From: Pseudomonadota bacterium
Lineage (GTDB): Bacteria; Desulfobacterota; Desulfobulbia; Desulfobulbales; SURF-16
Assembly (NCBI GenBank): GCA_043809085.1
Contig: JAZDEG010000042.1
Location: forward strand, 1,599-65,598
Length of the DNA stretch: 64,000 nucleotides
Direction: 5' to 3'
Made by a program: the position numbers and the translations under genes. Positions 16,381-25,932 of the stretch are shown piece by piece; position 1 is the stretch's first letter; every line of letters begins with the position of its first letter. The notes under the pieces are model-generated. The model was given only the letters and a program-made list of their open reading frames with translations. It was not told the DNA's origin and ran no database searches.

Positions 16381-18156
16381 ATGGCCATAAAGTCGTTTGC
16401 CAGAGAAGGGCAGCAGTGCATCATCTATTCTGACGGGAAAATCTGCGAATCCCAAAGGGAATTGCTTTCAAGCGAGGTGTTTGCGGACATCGTGCAGACC
16501 TTTGTCGAGGAGCTTTGCCGCAACGACTCGCCATTGTTTGATTCTCTTGGGCCGGATGTGGCCAACGAGCGCGATCTGCGGCAACTGATAAATGTCCTGC
16601 GCGCATTGAGCGAACATCCCCTTGAACAGGTGGCCTCGATTCTGCCGGCTGCCGCAATTCTGTTAAAAAGCAATCATCGGCAGGCCCTGCATCAATTTGT
16701 CGAAAAACTGTACGATTACTGGCGCTCGTTTGACCGCTATATGGTGCTGCTTGCCGAATCCGGGCCTGACGGTTCGAACCGTCGTCCCTACCGGGCCTTC
16801 AACGATACTCTTGTCGCCCTGGCGCACCAGATTCGGTCTCTTTACCGGGACATTTGCGAAAATATTACCGGCACCCATCCCAGAGTCTACCGGCATGTCG
16901 CCGCCGGATGTGATGCCGGCGTCATCGCGCTGCCCAAAAGGTCTATCCTGCCGCACACGTACCAGAAAACACTGGCGGGTGTTCCTTTTATCCGCCAGGT
17001 CTGGTTTGCTCCTCCGCTCATCCTGGATCCTCCAATGAACACGCGGACCGGCCAGTTCCAGGCTGTCCATGAAAATCCCATCAAAGGACTTCGGCTTTCC
17101 CGCGAAGAATGGCTCTGCTATCCGGCCCAGGTCGGACCTCTGGTGATCTTTGTCTATTTTCATCGCAGATTCATGGGACTCGGCTTTTCTCTTGCCAACC
17201 TGTTTGAGCCGGCAAGTGAGGAACAGATCGCTGCCGGACCCGAGGCTGTCTATGTTTTTGGTGCTCCGGCCGAGCACATGGCGCGGTTTGGTGAACTGCC
17301 GACGGTTTTCTTCGATGATGGGGAAAATAATCTTCTGGTTGCGGCGGTGCCCCTGGAGGACCGATTCGGCTATTTCGGCTATTTGAAAAAAATGATCCTG
17401 ACCCTGCACAACATCGCCATGATGAAGCGTGGTCGCCTGCCTTTTCATGGGGCTTTGGTTCGTATCCTGCTCAAGGGCGGCAAGGACGCAACTCTTCTGA
17501 TCATCGGCGACACGGCTGCCGGAAAATCGGAATCCCTGGAAGCATTCCGCATTCTGGGAGAAGATATGGTCCAGGAGATGCTGATACTGGCCGATGACAT
17601 GGGCTCCCTGGAAATCGCCGAGGATGGCCGGGTGATGGGCTATGGCACGGAAATCGGCGCCTTTATCCGACTGGACGACCTGCAGCAGGGCTATGCTTTC
17701 GGCCAGATCGATCGGGCCATCATCATGAGCCCGCAGAAGGTGAACGCCAGAGTGGTTCTGCCGGTCACCACCATTGATGAGGTGCTGCGCGGTTACGCCG
17801 TTGATTTTCTTCTTTACGCCAACAACTACGAAGAGGTGGATACGGAACATCCCATCATTGAGCGATTTGATACCGCTGCACGCGCCATTGACGTCTTTCG
17901 CGACGGGGCGGTGATGGCCAAGGGCACCACCACATCCACCGGGCTCGGCCACAGCTATTTTGCCAATATTTTCGGCCCGCCCCAGTACCGGGAGCTGCAT
18001 GAAGAACTGGCCGGCGAAGTTTTTGAAACAGCTTTCCGGCACGGCGTCTTTGTCGGGGAACTGCGGACGAGGCTCGGTATCGGCGGGTACGAGACGACAG
18101 GTCCGCAAAAAGCGGCCCAGGCTCTGTTGCAATTGATCGATTCGTCAGCAAATTAA
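16381..18156 (+). CDS. uncharacterised 591-aa protein with an HPr-kinase/PEPCK-type P-loop domain in the C-terminal half
   Basis: ATG 16381 has GGGAGA upstream. The track start at GTG 16321 lies inside the terminator. PFHGALVRILLKGGKDATLLIIGDTAAGKSESLEAF..LILADDMGSLEI parallels HprK H-G-x-L..GxSGxGKSE..ADD. Confidence 0.55.
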   Translation: MAIKSFAREGQQCIIYSDGKICESQRELLSSEVFADIVQTFVEELCRNDSPLFDSLGPDVANERDLRQLINVLRALSEHPLEQVASILPAAAILLKSNHRQALHQFVEKLYDYWRSFDRYMVLLAESGPDGSNRRPYRAFNDTLVALAHQIRSLYRDICENITGTHPRVYRHVAAGCDAGVIALPKRSILPHTYQKTLAGVPFIRQVWFAPPLILDPPMNTRTGQFQAVHENPIKGLRLSREEWLCYPAQVGPLVIFVYFHRRFMGLGFSLANLFEPASEEQIAAGPEAVYVFGAPAEHMARFGELPTVFFDDGENNLLVAAVPLEDRFGYFGYLKKMILTLHNIAMMKRGRLPFHGALVRILLKGGKDATLLIIGDTAAGKSESLEAFRILGEDMVQEMLILADDMGSLEIAEDGRVMGYGTEIGAFIRLDDLQQGYAFGQIDRAIIMSPQKVNARVVLPVTTIDEVLRGYAVDFLLYANNYEEVDTEHPIIERFDTAARAIDVFRDGAVMAKGTTTSTGLGHSYFANIFGPPQYRELHEELAGEVFETAFRHGVFVGELRTRLGIGGYETTGPQKAAQALLQLIDSSAN

Positions 18157-18205
18157 TTTTGAAATATTTTTTAAACATTAAGCCAAACAATTAAGAGGTG
18201 TATGA

Positions 18206-18712
18206 ATGACACAAAAACCACTTGTCGGAATTTTGATGGGAAGCGAAAGCGATCTGCCGGTGATGAGAAAAGCAGGCGCAGTGCTTGGTGAAATGGGTGT
18301 GCCCTTTGAAATGGACATCAGCTCCGCCCACCGGATGCCGGATAAAACAGCAGAGTACGCCCGGACTGCCAGGGAGCGCGGCATTGAGGTGATTATCGCC
18401 GGCGCCGGCATGGCGGCTCATCTTGCGGGTGTGATCGCCGCCCACACCACCCTGCCGGTGATCGGTGTGCCGCTGGCCTCGGGAGCCATGAACGGGGTGG
18501 ACGCCCTGCATTCAACCGTGCAGATGCCTCCGGGAATTCCGGTTGCCACGGTGGCAATCGATGGCTCAAAAAACGCAGCCTACCTTGCCTGCGAGATCCT
18601 TTCCATCAAGTATCCGGAAATAGCAAAGAACCTGGAAAATTTCAGGGAAGAAACTCGCAGGTCCCTGCAGAAAAAATCAGACGAGCTGAAAAAAGAGCAG
18701 AAGGTCTCGTAG
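18206..18712 (+). CDS. purE: 5-(carboxyamino)imidazole ribonucleotide mutase
   Basis: The sequence is [54 protein letters not shown]. Confidence 0.9.
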   Translation: MTQKPLVGILMGSESDLPVMRKAGAVLGEMGVPFEMDISSAHRMPDKTAEYARTARERGIEVIIAGAGMAAHLAGVIAAHTTLPVIGVPLASGAMNGVDALHSTVQMPPGIPVATVAIDGSKNAAYLACEILSIKYPEIAKNLENFREETRRSLQKKSDELKKEQKVS

Positions 18713-18805
18713 GACTTGTTGGTGATTCGGCGACAGGCGCATGAGAAAAAAATAACAAGATAAACAATACCATCTTCCGAAAAAATTGTTCAAAGGAGAA
18801 CACCT

Positions 18806-21800
18806 ATGTCCCGCAAAATGGTCACCATCGACGGCAATCAGGCATGTACCCACGTAGCCTATGCCACCAGCGAAATCATCACCATCTACCCCATCACCCC
18901 CTCGTCGCCCATGGCGGCGGAGGCGGACGCCAAGGCCAATGCTGCGCAGAAAAATATCTGGGGTTCGGTGCCTGCCGTAACCCAGATGCAGTCCGAAGCG
19001 GGCGTTGCCGGATCACTGCACGGTTCTCTCACCACCGGCGCACTCTGCACCACTTTTTCCGCCTCCCAGGGACTGATGCTGCTCCTGCCGAACATGAACA
19101 AGATAGCAGGTGAGTTGACCCCAACGGTTTTTCACATCACCGCCCGATCCCTGGCTTACCAGGGTTTGTCCATTTTCGGTGACCACAGCGACATCATGGC
19201 TGCCCGCCAGACCGGCTGGGCCATGCTTGGGTCACAAAACGTCCAGGAGGCCCAGGACATGGCGTTGATCTCCACCCAGGCAACGCTTAAATCACGTATC
19301 CCCTTCATGCATTTCTTCGACGGTTTCCGCACCTCCCACGAAATTCAGAAAATCGAGCAACTGACCGAAGATGACATGCGGGCAATAATCGACGAGGAGC
19401 TGATCATCGAACACCGTAAACGCGGCCTTTCACCGGACAGACCCATGATGCGGGGTACCGCCCAGAATCCTGATGTCTATTTCACCGGCCGTGAGACCGT
19501 CAATAAATTTTATGCGGCAGTCCCGACAATTGTTCAGGATACCATGAACAATTTTACCGCCGTCACCGGACGCAAGTACCACCTTTTTGATTATTTCGGA
19601 GCTGCTGATGCCGAAAATATCATCATCATCATGGGGTCCGGCGCTGAAACCGTTCAGTCCACGGTCGAATATCTCGTGGCCCGGGGAAACAACGTCGGCG
19701 TAATCGTGGTGCGGCTTTTCCGGCCCTTTGACGCCGTCGCCCTCATCGGCGCCCTTCCTGGTTCCGTCAAGCGCATCACAGTGCTTGACCGCACTAAAGA
19801 GCCGGGGGCCGCGGGCGAACCACTCTATCAGGATGTCCGCACCGTTGTGGGCGAGGCCCAGGACGCAGGCACCCTGCGAGTGGCGCCGGTGGTTCTGTCA
19901 GGCTGTTATGGTCTGGGCTCCGCCGAATTCACCCCGGCCATGGTCAAGGCGGTGTACGACAATATGGACGCACCCACCTCTAAGAACCATTTCTGTGTCG
20001 GGCCCGATGACGACGTCGCCTTTACAAGCCTTGATTACGACAAAACTTTTGACATCGAGGGCAGTGATGTCTGTCGGGCCATGTTTTACGGCCTTGGCGC
20101 GGATGGCACAGTCGGCGCCAACAAGAACAGCATCAAGATCATCGGCACCGAGACCGACAATAACGCCCAGGGCTATTTTGTTTACGATTCAAAGAAATCA
20201 GGCTCCATCACCACCAGCCACCTGCGATTCGGGAAAAACCGGATTCTGGCTCCCTATCTCATCAACAAGGCCAATTTCATCGCCTGTCACAATTTCACTT
20301 TCCTCAATAAATACGATATGCTGGTCAATATCGAGGAGGGCGGGACCTTTCTGCTCACCTCCTCTTTTGCAAAAGACGAAGTGTGGAATCATTTGCCTGC
20401 AAAAGTACAGAAGCAGATCATCGATAAAAAGTTGAAATTTTACATTATCGATGCCCTGAACCTTGCCGCTGCCATCGGCCTTGGCGCCCGCATCAACATG
20501 ATCATGCAGACCGCGTTCTTCCTGATTTCCAATGTCATCTCAAAAGACGAGGCCATCGTCAAAATCAAGGAGGCCATCAAGAAGACCTACGGCGTCAAGG
20601 GCGACAAGGTGGTCAATATGAACTATGGGGCGGTGGACGCGGCGGTCAGCAATATCGTTGCCGTTGATGTGCCGGGCGCAATCACGGGACATGAATTGCC
20701 CCCCACCGTACCGGCCTCTGCGCCGGACTTTGTCAGGGAAGTAACCGCCAAGATGATTGAAGGAAAAGGCGCTGAAATCAAGGTTTCCCAGATGCCCTGC
20801 GACGGTACCTGGCCAACCGCCACCACCCAGTATGAGAAACGGAATATCGCCGTTGAAGTACCGGTGTGGGCGGCTGAGGCCTGTATCCAGTGTGGTCAGT
20901 GCTCACTGGTCTGCCCCCATGCCTCCATCCGGATGAAAATCGTCGAAGCATCGACTCTTGCCGGCGCACCGTCCACCTTCCAGAACGCCGAAGCCGTGGG
21001 CAAGCAGTTCAAGGGGCGCAAGTTCGCCGTCTCCGTGTCCACCGAGGACTGCAACGGCTGCAGTCATTGCTTTCAGGTCTGCCCGGCCCGAAAAAAGGAT
21101 GCGGCAGGCAACAAGACTGACGCAAGAGCCCTGCAGATGGTAACGAACACTGAAGAGGTCAGGCTCCGCGAGTCGGTTAACTATCAATACTTTTTGTCGC
21201 TGCCGGAACTTGATTACTCGGAACTCAATCCGGCAACCATCAAGGGCAGCCAGTTGCTCCGCCCGCTCTTTGAATATCCCGGTGCCTGTGTGGGCTGCGG
21301 TGAGACACCGTACATCAAACTCGCCACCCAGCTCTTCGGTGACCGGATGATGATTGCCAACGCCACCGGCTGTTCCTCGATCTATGGCGGCAATCTGCCG
21401 ACGACACCTTATTGTAAGCGTGACGACGGCCGGGGGCCGATATGGGCAAACTCCCTGTTTGAAGACAATGCCGAATTCGGTCTCGGCATGCGTCAGACCG
21501 TCAACAAGATGGGCTCCCAGGCGGCAGAACTTCTTGAAGAAGCTGAGGCAAGCGGGGTTATCGGCAACGCCATGAAACTGGAGCTGGTCAACTCACCCCA
21601 GACCAACCAGCTGGAAATCGAAGCCCAGCGTGCACGGGTGGCTGACTTGAAAAAAATACTGGAGAGCAGCAACTCTCCAAGGATGAAGCAGCTCCTTCAT
21701 GTGGCCGACTATCTGGTGAAGAAATCGGTATGGATTTTCGGTGGGGATGGATGGGCCTATGACATCGGTTACGGTGGGCTGGATCATGTACTGGCGTCCG

Positions 21801-22378
21801 GCGAGAATGTCAATGTGCTGATCATGGATACCGAGGTCTATTCCAACACCGGCGGGCAGATGTCAAAATCAACGCCGCGTGCCGCAACCGCGCAATTTGC
21901 GGCGGGTGGTAAGCGGATGCCGAAAAAAGACATCGGTATGATCTTCGCCACCTACGGCAACGTCTACGTGGCCAAGGTCGCCATGGGCTCCAACCCTGCC
22001 CAGGTGGTGAAGGCCTTCAACGAAGCTGAAGCTTATGACGGACCGTCCCTGATCATCGCTTATTCACACTGCATCAACCACGGCATCAACATGACCAAGG
22101 GGCTTGATCAGCAGAAAAAGGCAACTGAGTGCGGGCACTGGCCGCTCTATCGTTACAACCCGATGCTTGAAATGGAAGGCGCGAATCCGCTCATCATCGA
22201 CAGCAAGGCCCCGGCGCTCCCCTTCGCCGATTATGCCATGAACGAAAATCGCTATCGGGCGTTGAAGCTCACCAACCCTTCCATGTTCGACGAGCTGATG
22301 GACAAGGCCCAGCAGGACGTGGACAAGGGATGGAAATTCCTCGAAGGACGCGCCAAAGCGCTCGAGCCTGGAAGCTGA
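18806..22378 (+). CDS. nifJ: pyruvate:ferredoxin (flavodoxin) oxidoreductase, homodimeric type
   Basis: 1190 aa. It has two ferredoxin CxxCxxCxxxCP motifs (CIQCGQCSLVCP, CNGCSHCFQVCP) and a TPP site (GGDGWAYDIGYGGLDH). AAAGGAG SD lies upstream. Confidence 0.92.
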   Translation: MSRKMVTIDGNQACTHVAYATSEIITIYPITPSSPMAAEADAKANAAQKNIWGSVPAVTQMQSEAGVAGSLHGSLTTGALCTTFSASQGLMLLLPNMNKIAGELTPTVFHITARSLAYQGLSIFGDHSDIMAARQTGWAMLGSQNVQEAQDMALISTQATLKSRIPFMHFFDGFRTSHEIQKIEQLTEDDMRAIIDEELIIEHRKRGLSPDRPMMRGTAQNPDVYFTGRETVNKFYAAVPTIVQDTMNNFTAVTGRKYHLFDYFGAADAENIIIIMGSGAETVQSTVEYLVARGNNVGVIVVRLFRPFDAVALIGALPGSVKRITVLDRTKEPGAAGEPLYQDVRTVVGEAQDAGTLRVAPVVLSGCYGLGSAEFTPAMVKAVYDNMDAPTSKNHFCVGPDDDVAFTSLDYDKTFDIEGSDVCRAMFYGLGADGTVGANKNSIKIIGTETDNNAQGYFVYDSKKSGSITTSHLRFGKNRILAPYLINKANFIACHNFTFLNKYDMLVNIEEGGTFLLTSSFAKDEVWNHLPAKVQKQIIDKKLKFYIIDALNLAAAIGLGARINMIMQTAFFLISNVISKDEAIVKIKEAIKKTYGVKGDKVVNMNYGAVDAAVSNIVAVDVPGAITGHELPPTVPASAPDFVREVTAKMIEGKGAEIKVSQMPCDGTWPTATTQYEKRNIAVEVPVWAAEACIQCGQCSLVCPHASIRMKIVEASTLAGAPSTFQNAEAVGKQFKGRKFAVSVSTEDCNGCSHCFQVCPARKKDAAGNKTDARALQMVTNTEEVRLRESVNYQYFLSLPELDYSELNPATIKGSQLLRPLFEYPGACVGCGETPYIKLATQLFGDRMMIANATGCSSIYGGNLPTTPYCKRDDGRGPIWANSLFEDNAEFGLGMRQTVNKMGSQAAELLEEAEASGVIGNAMKLELVNSPQTNQLEIEAQRARVADLKKILESSNSPRMKQLLHVADYLVKKSVWIFGGDGWAYDIGYGGLDHVLASGENVNVLIMDTEVYSNTGGQMSKSTPRAATAQFAAGGKRMPKKDIGMIFATYGNVYVAKVAMGSNPAQVVKAFNEAEAYDGPSLIIAYSHCINHGINMTKGLDQQKKATECGHWPLYRYNPMLEMEGANPLIIDSKAPALPFADYAMNENRYRALKLTNPSMFDELMDKAQQDVDKGWKFLEGRAKALEPGS

Positions 22379-22401
22379 TAAATTTCACTCTCTACTGAAT
22401 G

Positions 22402-22441
22402 CCGGGAGGAGCTTTCCTGTGTCAAGGACGGCCCCTCCCGG
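22402..22441. terminator. hairpin between convergent nifJ and nif11 (8-bp GC stem, no clear U-tract)
   Basis: CCGGGAGG (22402-22409) pairs with CCTCCCGG (22434-22441). Confidence 0.35.
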
Positions 22442-22524
22442 TAATGAGTTGAACGATGGATGTCTGCCGGGAGCACATGCGGATTTTTCGTGTTCGGCAA
22501 GATATCATCTTACGTAAAATCCGT

Positions 22525-22746
22525 TTACACCCACCAGATCTGGCGTTTGGCCGGATTGCCGATCAAGTCGAATGAGTCCCCCGACTCCCTGAGTACATCA
22601 TCAAAATCTTGAAGAGTGAAGTCGTAGCCGTCAGTGTTGGCTGCGGCCACGAAATCCTCCTTGGTTTTGATGGCGTCATACTTGGCGCGGATTCCATGGT
22701 CCTCCCCGCCGGCAATAAGAAATGTTTCCGCATTTTTTTTTGACAT
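22525..22746 (-). CDS. Nif11-family protein (73 aa)
   Basis: GAGGGA SD precedes ATG 22746. MSKKNAETFL...KYDAIKTKEDFVAAANTDGYDFTLQDF fits the Nif11 N-terminal domain pattern. It is the last gene of the nif operon. Confidence 0.6.
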   Translation of the reverse strand: MSKKNAETFLIAGGEDHGIRAKYDAIKTKEDFVAAANTDGYDFTLQDFDDVLRESGDSFDLIGNPAKRQIWWV

Positions 22747-22870
22747 ATATTCCCTCATGAAAAAATGATTAATCTGGATAATGATCGTAATCTGCTCTCC
22801 CTTGTTTCTTACTTTTCGCCTTTGGAGCTCCTTTTTCATAAAGACCTCTCATACCCGTTGTTTCGGCTGT

Positions 22871-23176
22871 CTATGATGCGATGAGATAGTCTGCCGCGGG
22901 CTCGCCATCCTCAAGACCGTCGAGAATGGTATCGATCGCCTCTTCGCTGTCCACACCCTTGAACCACCAGTTCTCCGGGTGGATCACCATGATGGGGCCG
23001 CTCTCACACTGTTTAAGGCAAGTGGTAGCGGTAACCAGGCAGTCGAGTCCGCGGTCGAGAATTTCCTCTTCCAGATACTGGAGGAAACCGTTTGTCTGCT
23101 TGTGGCAGATCCCTTTTTTGTCGCCCGCCACGCGAAAGCTCTGGCAGACAAGTATTTGACGTTCCGGTATAGCCAT
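22871..23176 (-). CDS. thioredoxin-like [2Fe-2S] ferredoxin
   Basis: ILVCQSFRVAGDKKGICHKQ ... ATTCLKQCESGPIMVIHPENWWF carries the four-Cys pattern of the Fd4/NuoE-like 2Fe-2S fold. Confidence 0.75.
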   Translation of the reverse strand: MAIPERQILVCQSFRVAGDKKGICHKQTNGFLQYLEEEILDRGLDCLVTATTCLKQCESGPIMVIHPENWWFKGVDSEEAIDTILDGLEDGEPAADYLIAS

Positions 23177-23218
23177 TGTTCGCTCCTTTTTCGATATCCG
23201 TAACCGGTCGAAAATAAA

Positions 23219-24364
23219 TTATTTTTTACATTTTCCTTTCTTGCCGCCACCATAGAGGGCATCAACCATGCCTTCGACATTGTCTTCCGTGAACAGCAGG
23301 GTCAATCCATGGCGACCTAAAATTTCACGCGGCTTTTGTCCGGCACTGGTGGCCAGCAGGACAAAACAATCTTTTAAAATATCAGCAACCTGCTGCCAGC
23401 GTGTATCGCCGCTGCCCGGTTCGGGAAGATCCCGGGCCTCAAGCAGGCAGGCAAGACCGTCTTCTCTCGGTCCATAGATCAGGGCCTTGATGGCCTGGCC
23501 GAGATGAAGATCGATATCCATGCCGTTTGCGCTGAGCACTGCCGCATTCGGACGCTCCTTAGTCGGCTTGGGTGTAATCCTATGGCCTTCGCCGGACAGA
23601 GGAATAATGTGGCCTTTGTCTTCCGGCATGTGGAGACAAACAACCTCGATATGCCGGGCGACTTTCATTGCCAGGTTCTCCATTGTCTCTGCCGAGGGCT
23701 GGGGTAGCTTCTCTTCACTCGTCAACCAGCCTTTGCCGGGCAGCAGCGTGATGGACTCGGCGCCGAGGTCGGAAACCAGACGGGCAATTTTCTCAATTTC
23801 CTGTTCATTGATTCCGGCGTATACCGTAGTCCGGATGGAGACAGGGATACCTGCCGCTTTGCAGGCTGCTATTCCCTTGGTCTGCTCATCGATCAGGATT
23901 TCAGCGCCCTTTGTCAGGGGAGTGTTGCGTTTTCCCTGCCTGATCCAGGCATAAAGTTTTTCTGCCGTCTCTGCCGTAACCGTGTCCGTCAGCAGGGTAA
24001 CTCTGGCTACTCCCTGTTCGGCGAAAAGATCGGCTTGCCCGGCAAGGCCGATGCCGGTAGTTGTTATGCCCAGAGGCAATTGCGGGTAATGCTCCCGGAG
24101 GATGGCTATGATGTTGCGCGTCATGTCCATGGTGGCCAGCGGATCGCCCGGGCCGTTGATGTCAAGCCCTGCGATGCTCTTCCCGCAGGCCTTGATATCC
24201 TCAAGCCAGGTAAGAGCTCCCGGGAGAGGCACGGCCTGGGGCAGTTTCTCCGCTCCGCAGAAACGGGTTCGGCAGACGGCCTGGGGAGCCACCGGCAGGG
24301 TGAGCCATTCAGCGGCTTTGCCGCAGCAGCTTTCTTGGTTTTCAGGAAAAGGAATAATGGTCAT
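23219..24364 (-). CDS. NifB-like protein (NifB core homology plus C-terminal NifX/NifB-type FeMo-cofactor-binding domain) lacking the canonical radical-SAM CxxxCxxC
   Basis: LPVAPQAVCRTRFCGAEK aligns to NifB VAPACNIQCNYCNRK but has only Cx4C. GLDINGPGDPLA matches GIAGPGDPLAN. The C-terminal segment NAAVLSANGMDIDLHLGQA..FVLLATSAGQKPREIL is the NifX-like domain. Confidence 0.6.
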   Translation of the reverse strand: MTIIPFPENQESCCGKAAEWLTLPVAPQAVCRTRFCGAEKLPQAVPLPGALTWLEDIKACGKSIAGLDINGPGDPLATMDMTRNIIAILREHYPQLPLGITTTGIGLAGQADLFAEQGVARVTLLTDTVTAETAEKLYAWIRQGKRNTPLTKGAEILIDEQTKGIAACKAAGIPVSIRTTVYAGINEQEIEKIARLVSDLGAESITLLPGKGWLTSEEKLPQPSAETMENLAMKVARHIEVVCLHMPEDKGHIIPLSGEGHRITPKPTKERPNAAVLSANGMDIDLHLGQAIKALIYGPREDGLACLLEARDLPEPGSGDTRWQQVADILKDCFVLLATSAGQKPREILGRHGLTLLFTEDNVEGMVDALYGGGKKGKCKK

Positions 24365-24384
24365 GACATTTTCTCTTGGATAAC

Positions 24385-24409
24385 GGGGACAGATTTGCCC
24401 TCTGTCCCC
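24385..24409 (-). other. intercistronic stem-loop between nifK and the NifB-like gene
   Basis: GGGGACAG (24385-24392) pairs with CTGTCCCC (24402-24409). Confidence 0.5.
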
Positions 24410-24424
24410 GTCTGTTTTTTTCTA

Positions 24425-25798
24425 CTAAAGAACCAGCTCGAACCTTTCTTCGGGGTCGTCCCTGTCCTTGCGATCGAGCAGAACCCCGAGAATCTTCTCA
24501 AGCAGCCTGAGACCACCCTTGTACCCTACGGTGGGGAAGTACTGATGCCCCTGGCGATCCAGGATGGGAAAGCCCCAGCGTACATAGGGCAGATCTTCAT
24601 CCCGGGCGATATACTTGCAGTATGTGTTGCCGATGATCAGGTCCACCGGTTCGTTCTTTATCCACTGGTGGAGGAGGAACATATCCCCTTTGGCCTTGAC
24701 GTTGACATCAAAACCCATGTCCTTGGTGAGCTCCTTGATCCGTTTTTCAAACTTCTTGCCGGGGGTGCCGGTAACCACATGGATCGGCTTCATGTCCATG
24801 GAAACCAGAAATTCGGTCATGGCAATGAGCTGATCCGGGTCACCCACCAAGGCGACCTTTTTGCCATAGAGGTACTGGTGCATGTCTGAAATCATGTCGA
24901 CAAGCTGGCCGCGTTCAAGGGTAATTCCTTCAGGGATGGTCACTCCGGCAATGGTCCGCAGGGCATCGATGAAACGGTCCGTGGCCTTGAGGCCAAAGGG
25001 CATGTCAAGCACACTGCACGGCACCTTGTGCTTTGAGTCGAGTTCCCGGGCTGCGTCGGCCGAACACCATTCTCCCAGGGCCAGGGTGCCGATGGAGTCG
25101 CCGGTGGATTTGAGCTCCGCCATGGTGGTGCCGCCCTCCGGAAACATCTTGTATTCGCCGGAAAGAGGACCATTCAGCACTCCTGAGGTATCTGGGAAGA
25201 GTATCGTTTTGATGCCGATCATTTTGGTGATTCGCTTGATCTCCTCCATATCGGCCGGCTCCACCCAGCCGGGGATGATGTTGACCTTGCCGTTCTTCTT
25301 GCCCGTGGGTTCAGCCACCATTGCCATGGATGTGACCATGTTGGAAAAACCGGTAACGTGTGACCCCGCATAACTCGGGGTGGAGGCGCTGATCACGTAT
25401 TTGCCCTTGGGGATTTTTCCTTCAGCCAGCGCCTTTTTCTTGATCTGGGGCAGATCGTCGCCGATGGTTTCGGAAAGGCACGTGGTGTGAATGGCAATCA
25501 CCTCGGGATTATAGACGGTGAATATATTGTTAATGGCCTGCAGCATATTCGCCTGGCCGCCGAATACCGAGGCTCCCTCGGTAAATGAGCTGGTGCCGGC
25601 GGAGATGGGCTCCTTGTAATGCCTGGTCAATGTGCTGCGATGGTATGAGCAACAGCCCTGGGAACCATGACTGTGCGGCAGGCATCCGTGGATGCCGAGG
25701 GCCGCATACATGGCGCCGATGGGCTGGCAGGTCTTGGCCGGATTAATGGTCAAGGCCTTGCGCTCGGTTATTTCAGTAGGAGTGTGACGTAATAACAT
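24425..25798 (-). CDS. nifK: nitrogenase MoFe protein beta chain
   Basis: GAGGA SD precedes ATG 25798 (the track ORF extends to 25918). The sequence is ALTINPAKTCQPIGAMYAALGIHGCLPHSHGSQGCCSYHR, and CLSETIGDD supplies P-cluster Cys. Confidence 0.9.
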   Translation of the reverse strand: MLLRHTPTEITERKALTINPAKTCQPIGAMYAALGIHGCLPHSHGSQGCCSYHRSTLTRHYKEPISAGTSSFTEGASVFGGQANMLQAINNIFTVYNPEVIAIHTTCLSETIGDDLPQIKKKALAEGKIPKGKYVISASTPSYAGSHVTGFSNMVTSMAMVAEPTGKKNGKVNIIPGWVEPADMEEIKRITKMIGIKTILFPDTSGVLNGPLSGEYKMFPEGGTTMAELKSTGDSIGTLALGEWCSADAARELDSKHKVPCSVLDMPFGLKATDRFIDALRTIAGVTIPEGITLERGQLVDMISDMHQYLYGKKVALVGDPDQLIAMTEFLVSMDMKPIHVVTGTPGKKFEKRIKELTKDMGFDVNVKAKGDMFLLHQWIKNEPVDLIIGNTYCKYIARDEDLPYVRWGFPILDRQGHQYFPTVGYKGGLRLLEKILGVLLDRKDRDDPEERFELVL

Positions 25799-25932
25799 TG
25801 CTTTATCCTCAACGAATGAGTGAAAATTAAATTTTGACTTAAGGTGTTCAGGAGCCGGAATCATGAAAAATTGAGGATAGAAAGGTTCAGTTTTTCTTCT
25901 GACTCCTGAATTCTCCATTCTGGCTTCTGTCT

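Noticed and set aside
16663-18132. Long antisense ORFs opposite well-supported genes. Examples are 16663-18132(-), 57194-58342(-), 62271-63437(-), 27073-28176(+), 41187-42296(+), 10219-11172(-), 24035-24889(+), 48503-49363(-) and 51806-52540(-).
   Set aside because: Each lies fully inside a gene with clear family motifs on the other strand. Their translations are low-complexity (R/G/P/H-rich) and lack SD sites. They are typical shadow ORFs of GC-rich coding DNA.
22525-22746. Nif11 protein as a Nif11-type RiPP precursor (leader peptide).
   Set aside because: It sits at the end of the nif operon, with no cyclodehydratase, lanthipeptide synthetase, radical SAM maturase or peptidase-domain ABC exporter nearby. 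It also has no C-terminal core after a GG/GA cleavage motif.
24425-25918. Longer starts offered by the track for several genes. These are nifK (25918), nifH (29276), nifI1 (28355), the porin (36319), argG (50356), lysA (54158), dapF (55428), the integrase (5064), the RHH antitoxin (10148) and the HprK-like gene (16321).
   Set aside because: In each case an internal ATG with a good SD matches the conserved family N-terminus. The longer version overlaps the upstream gene or a terminator.
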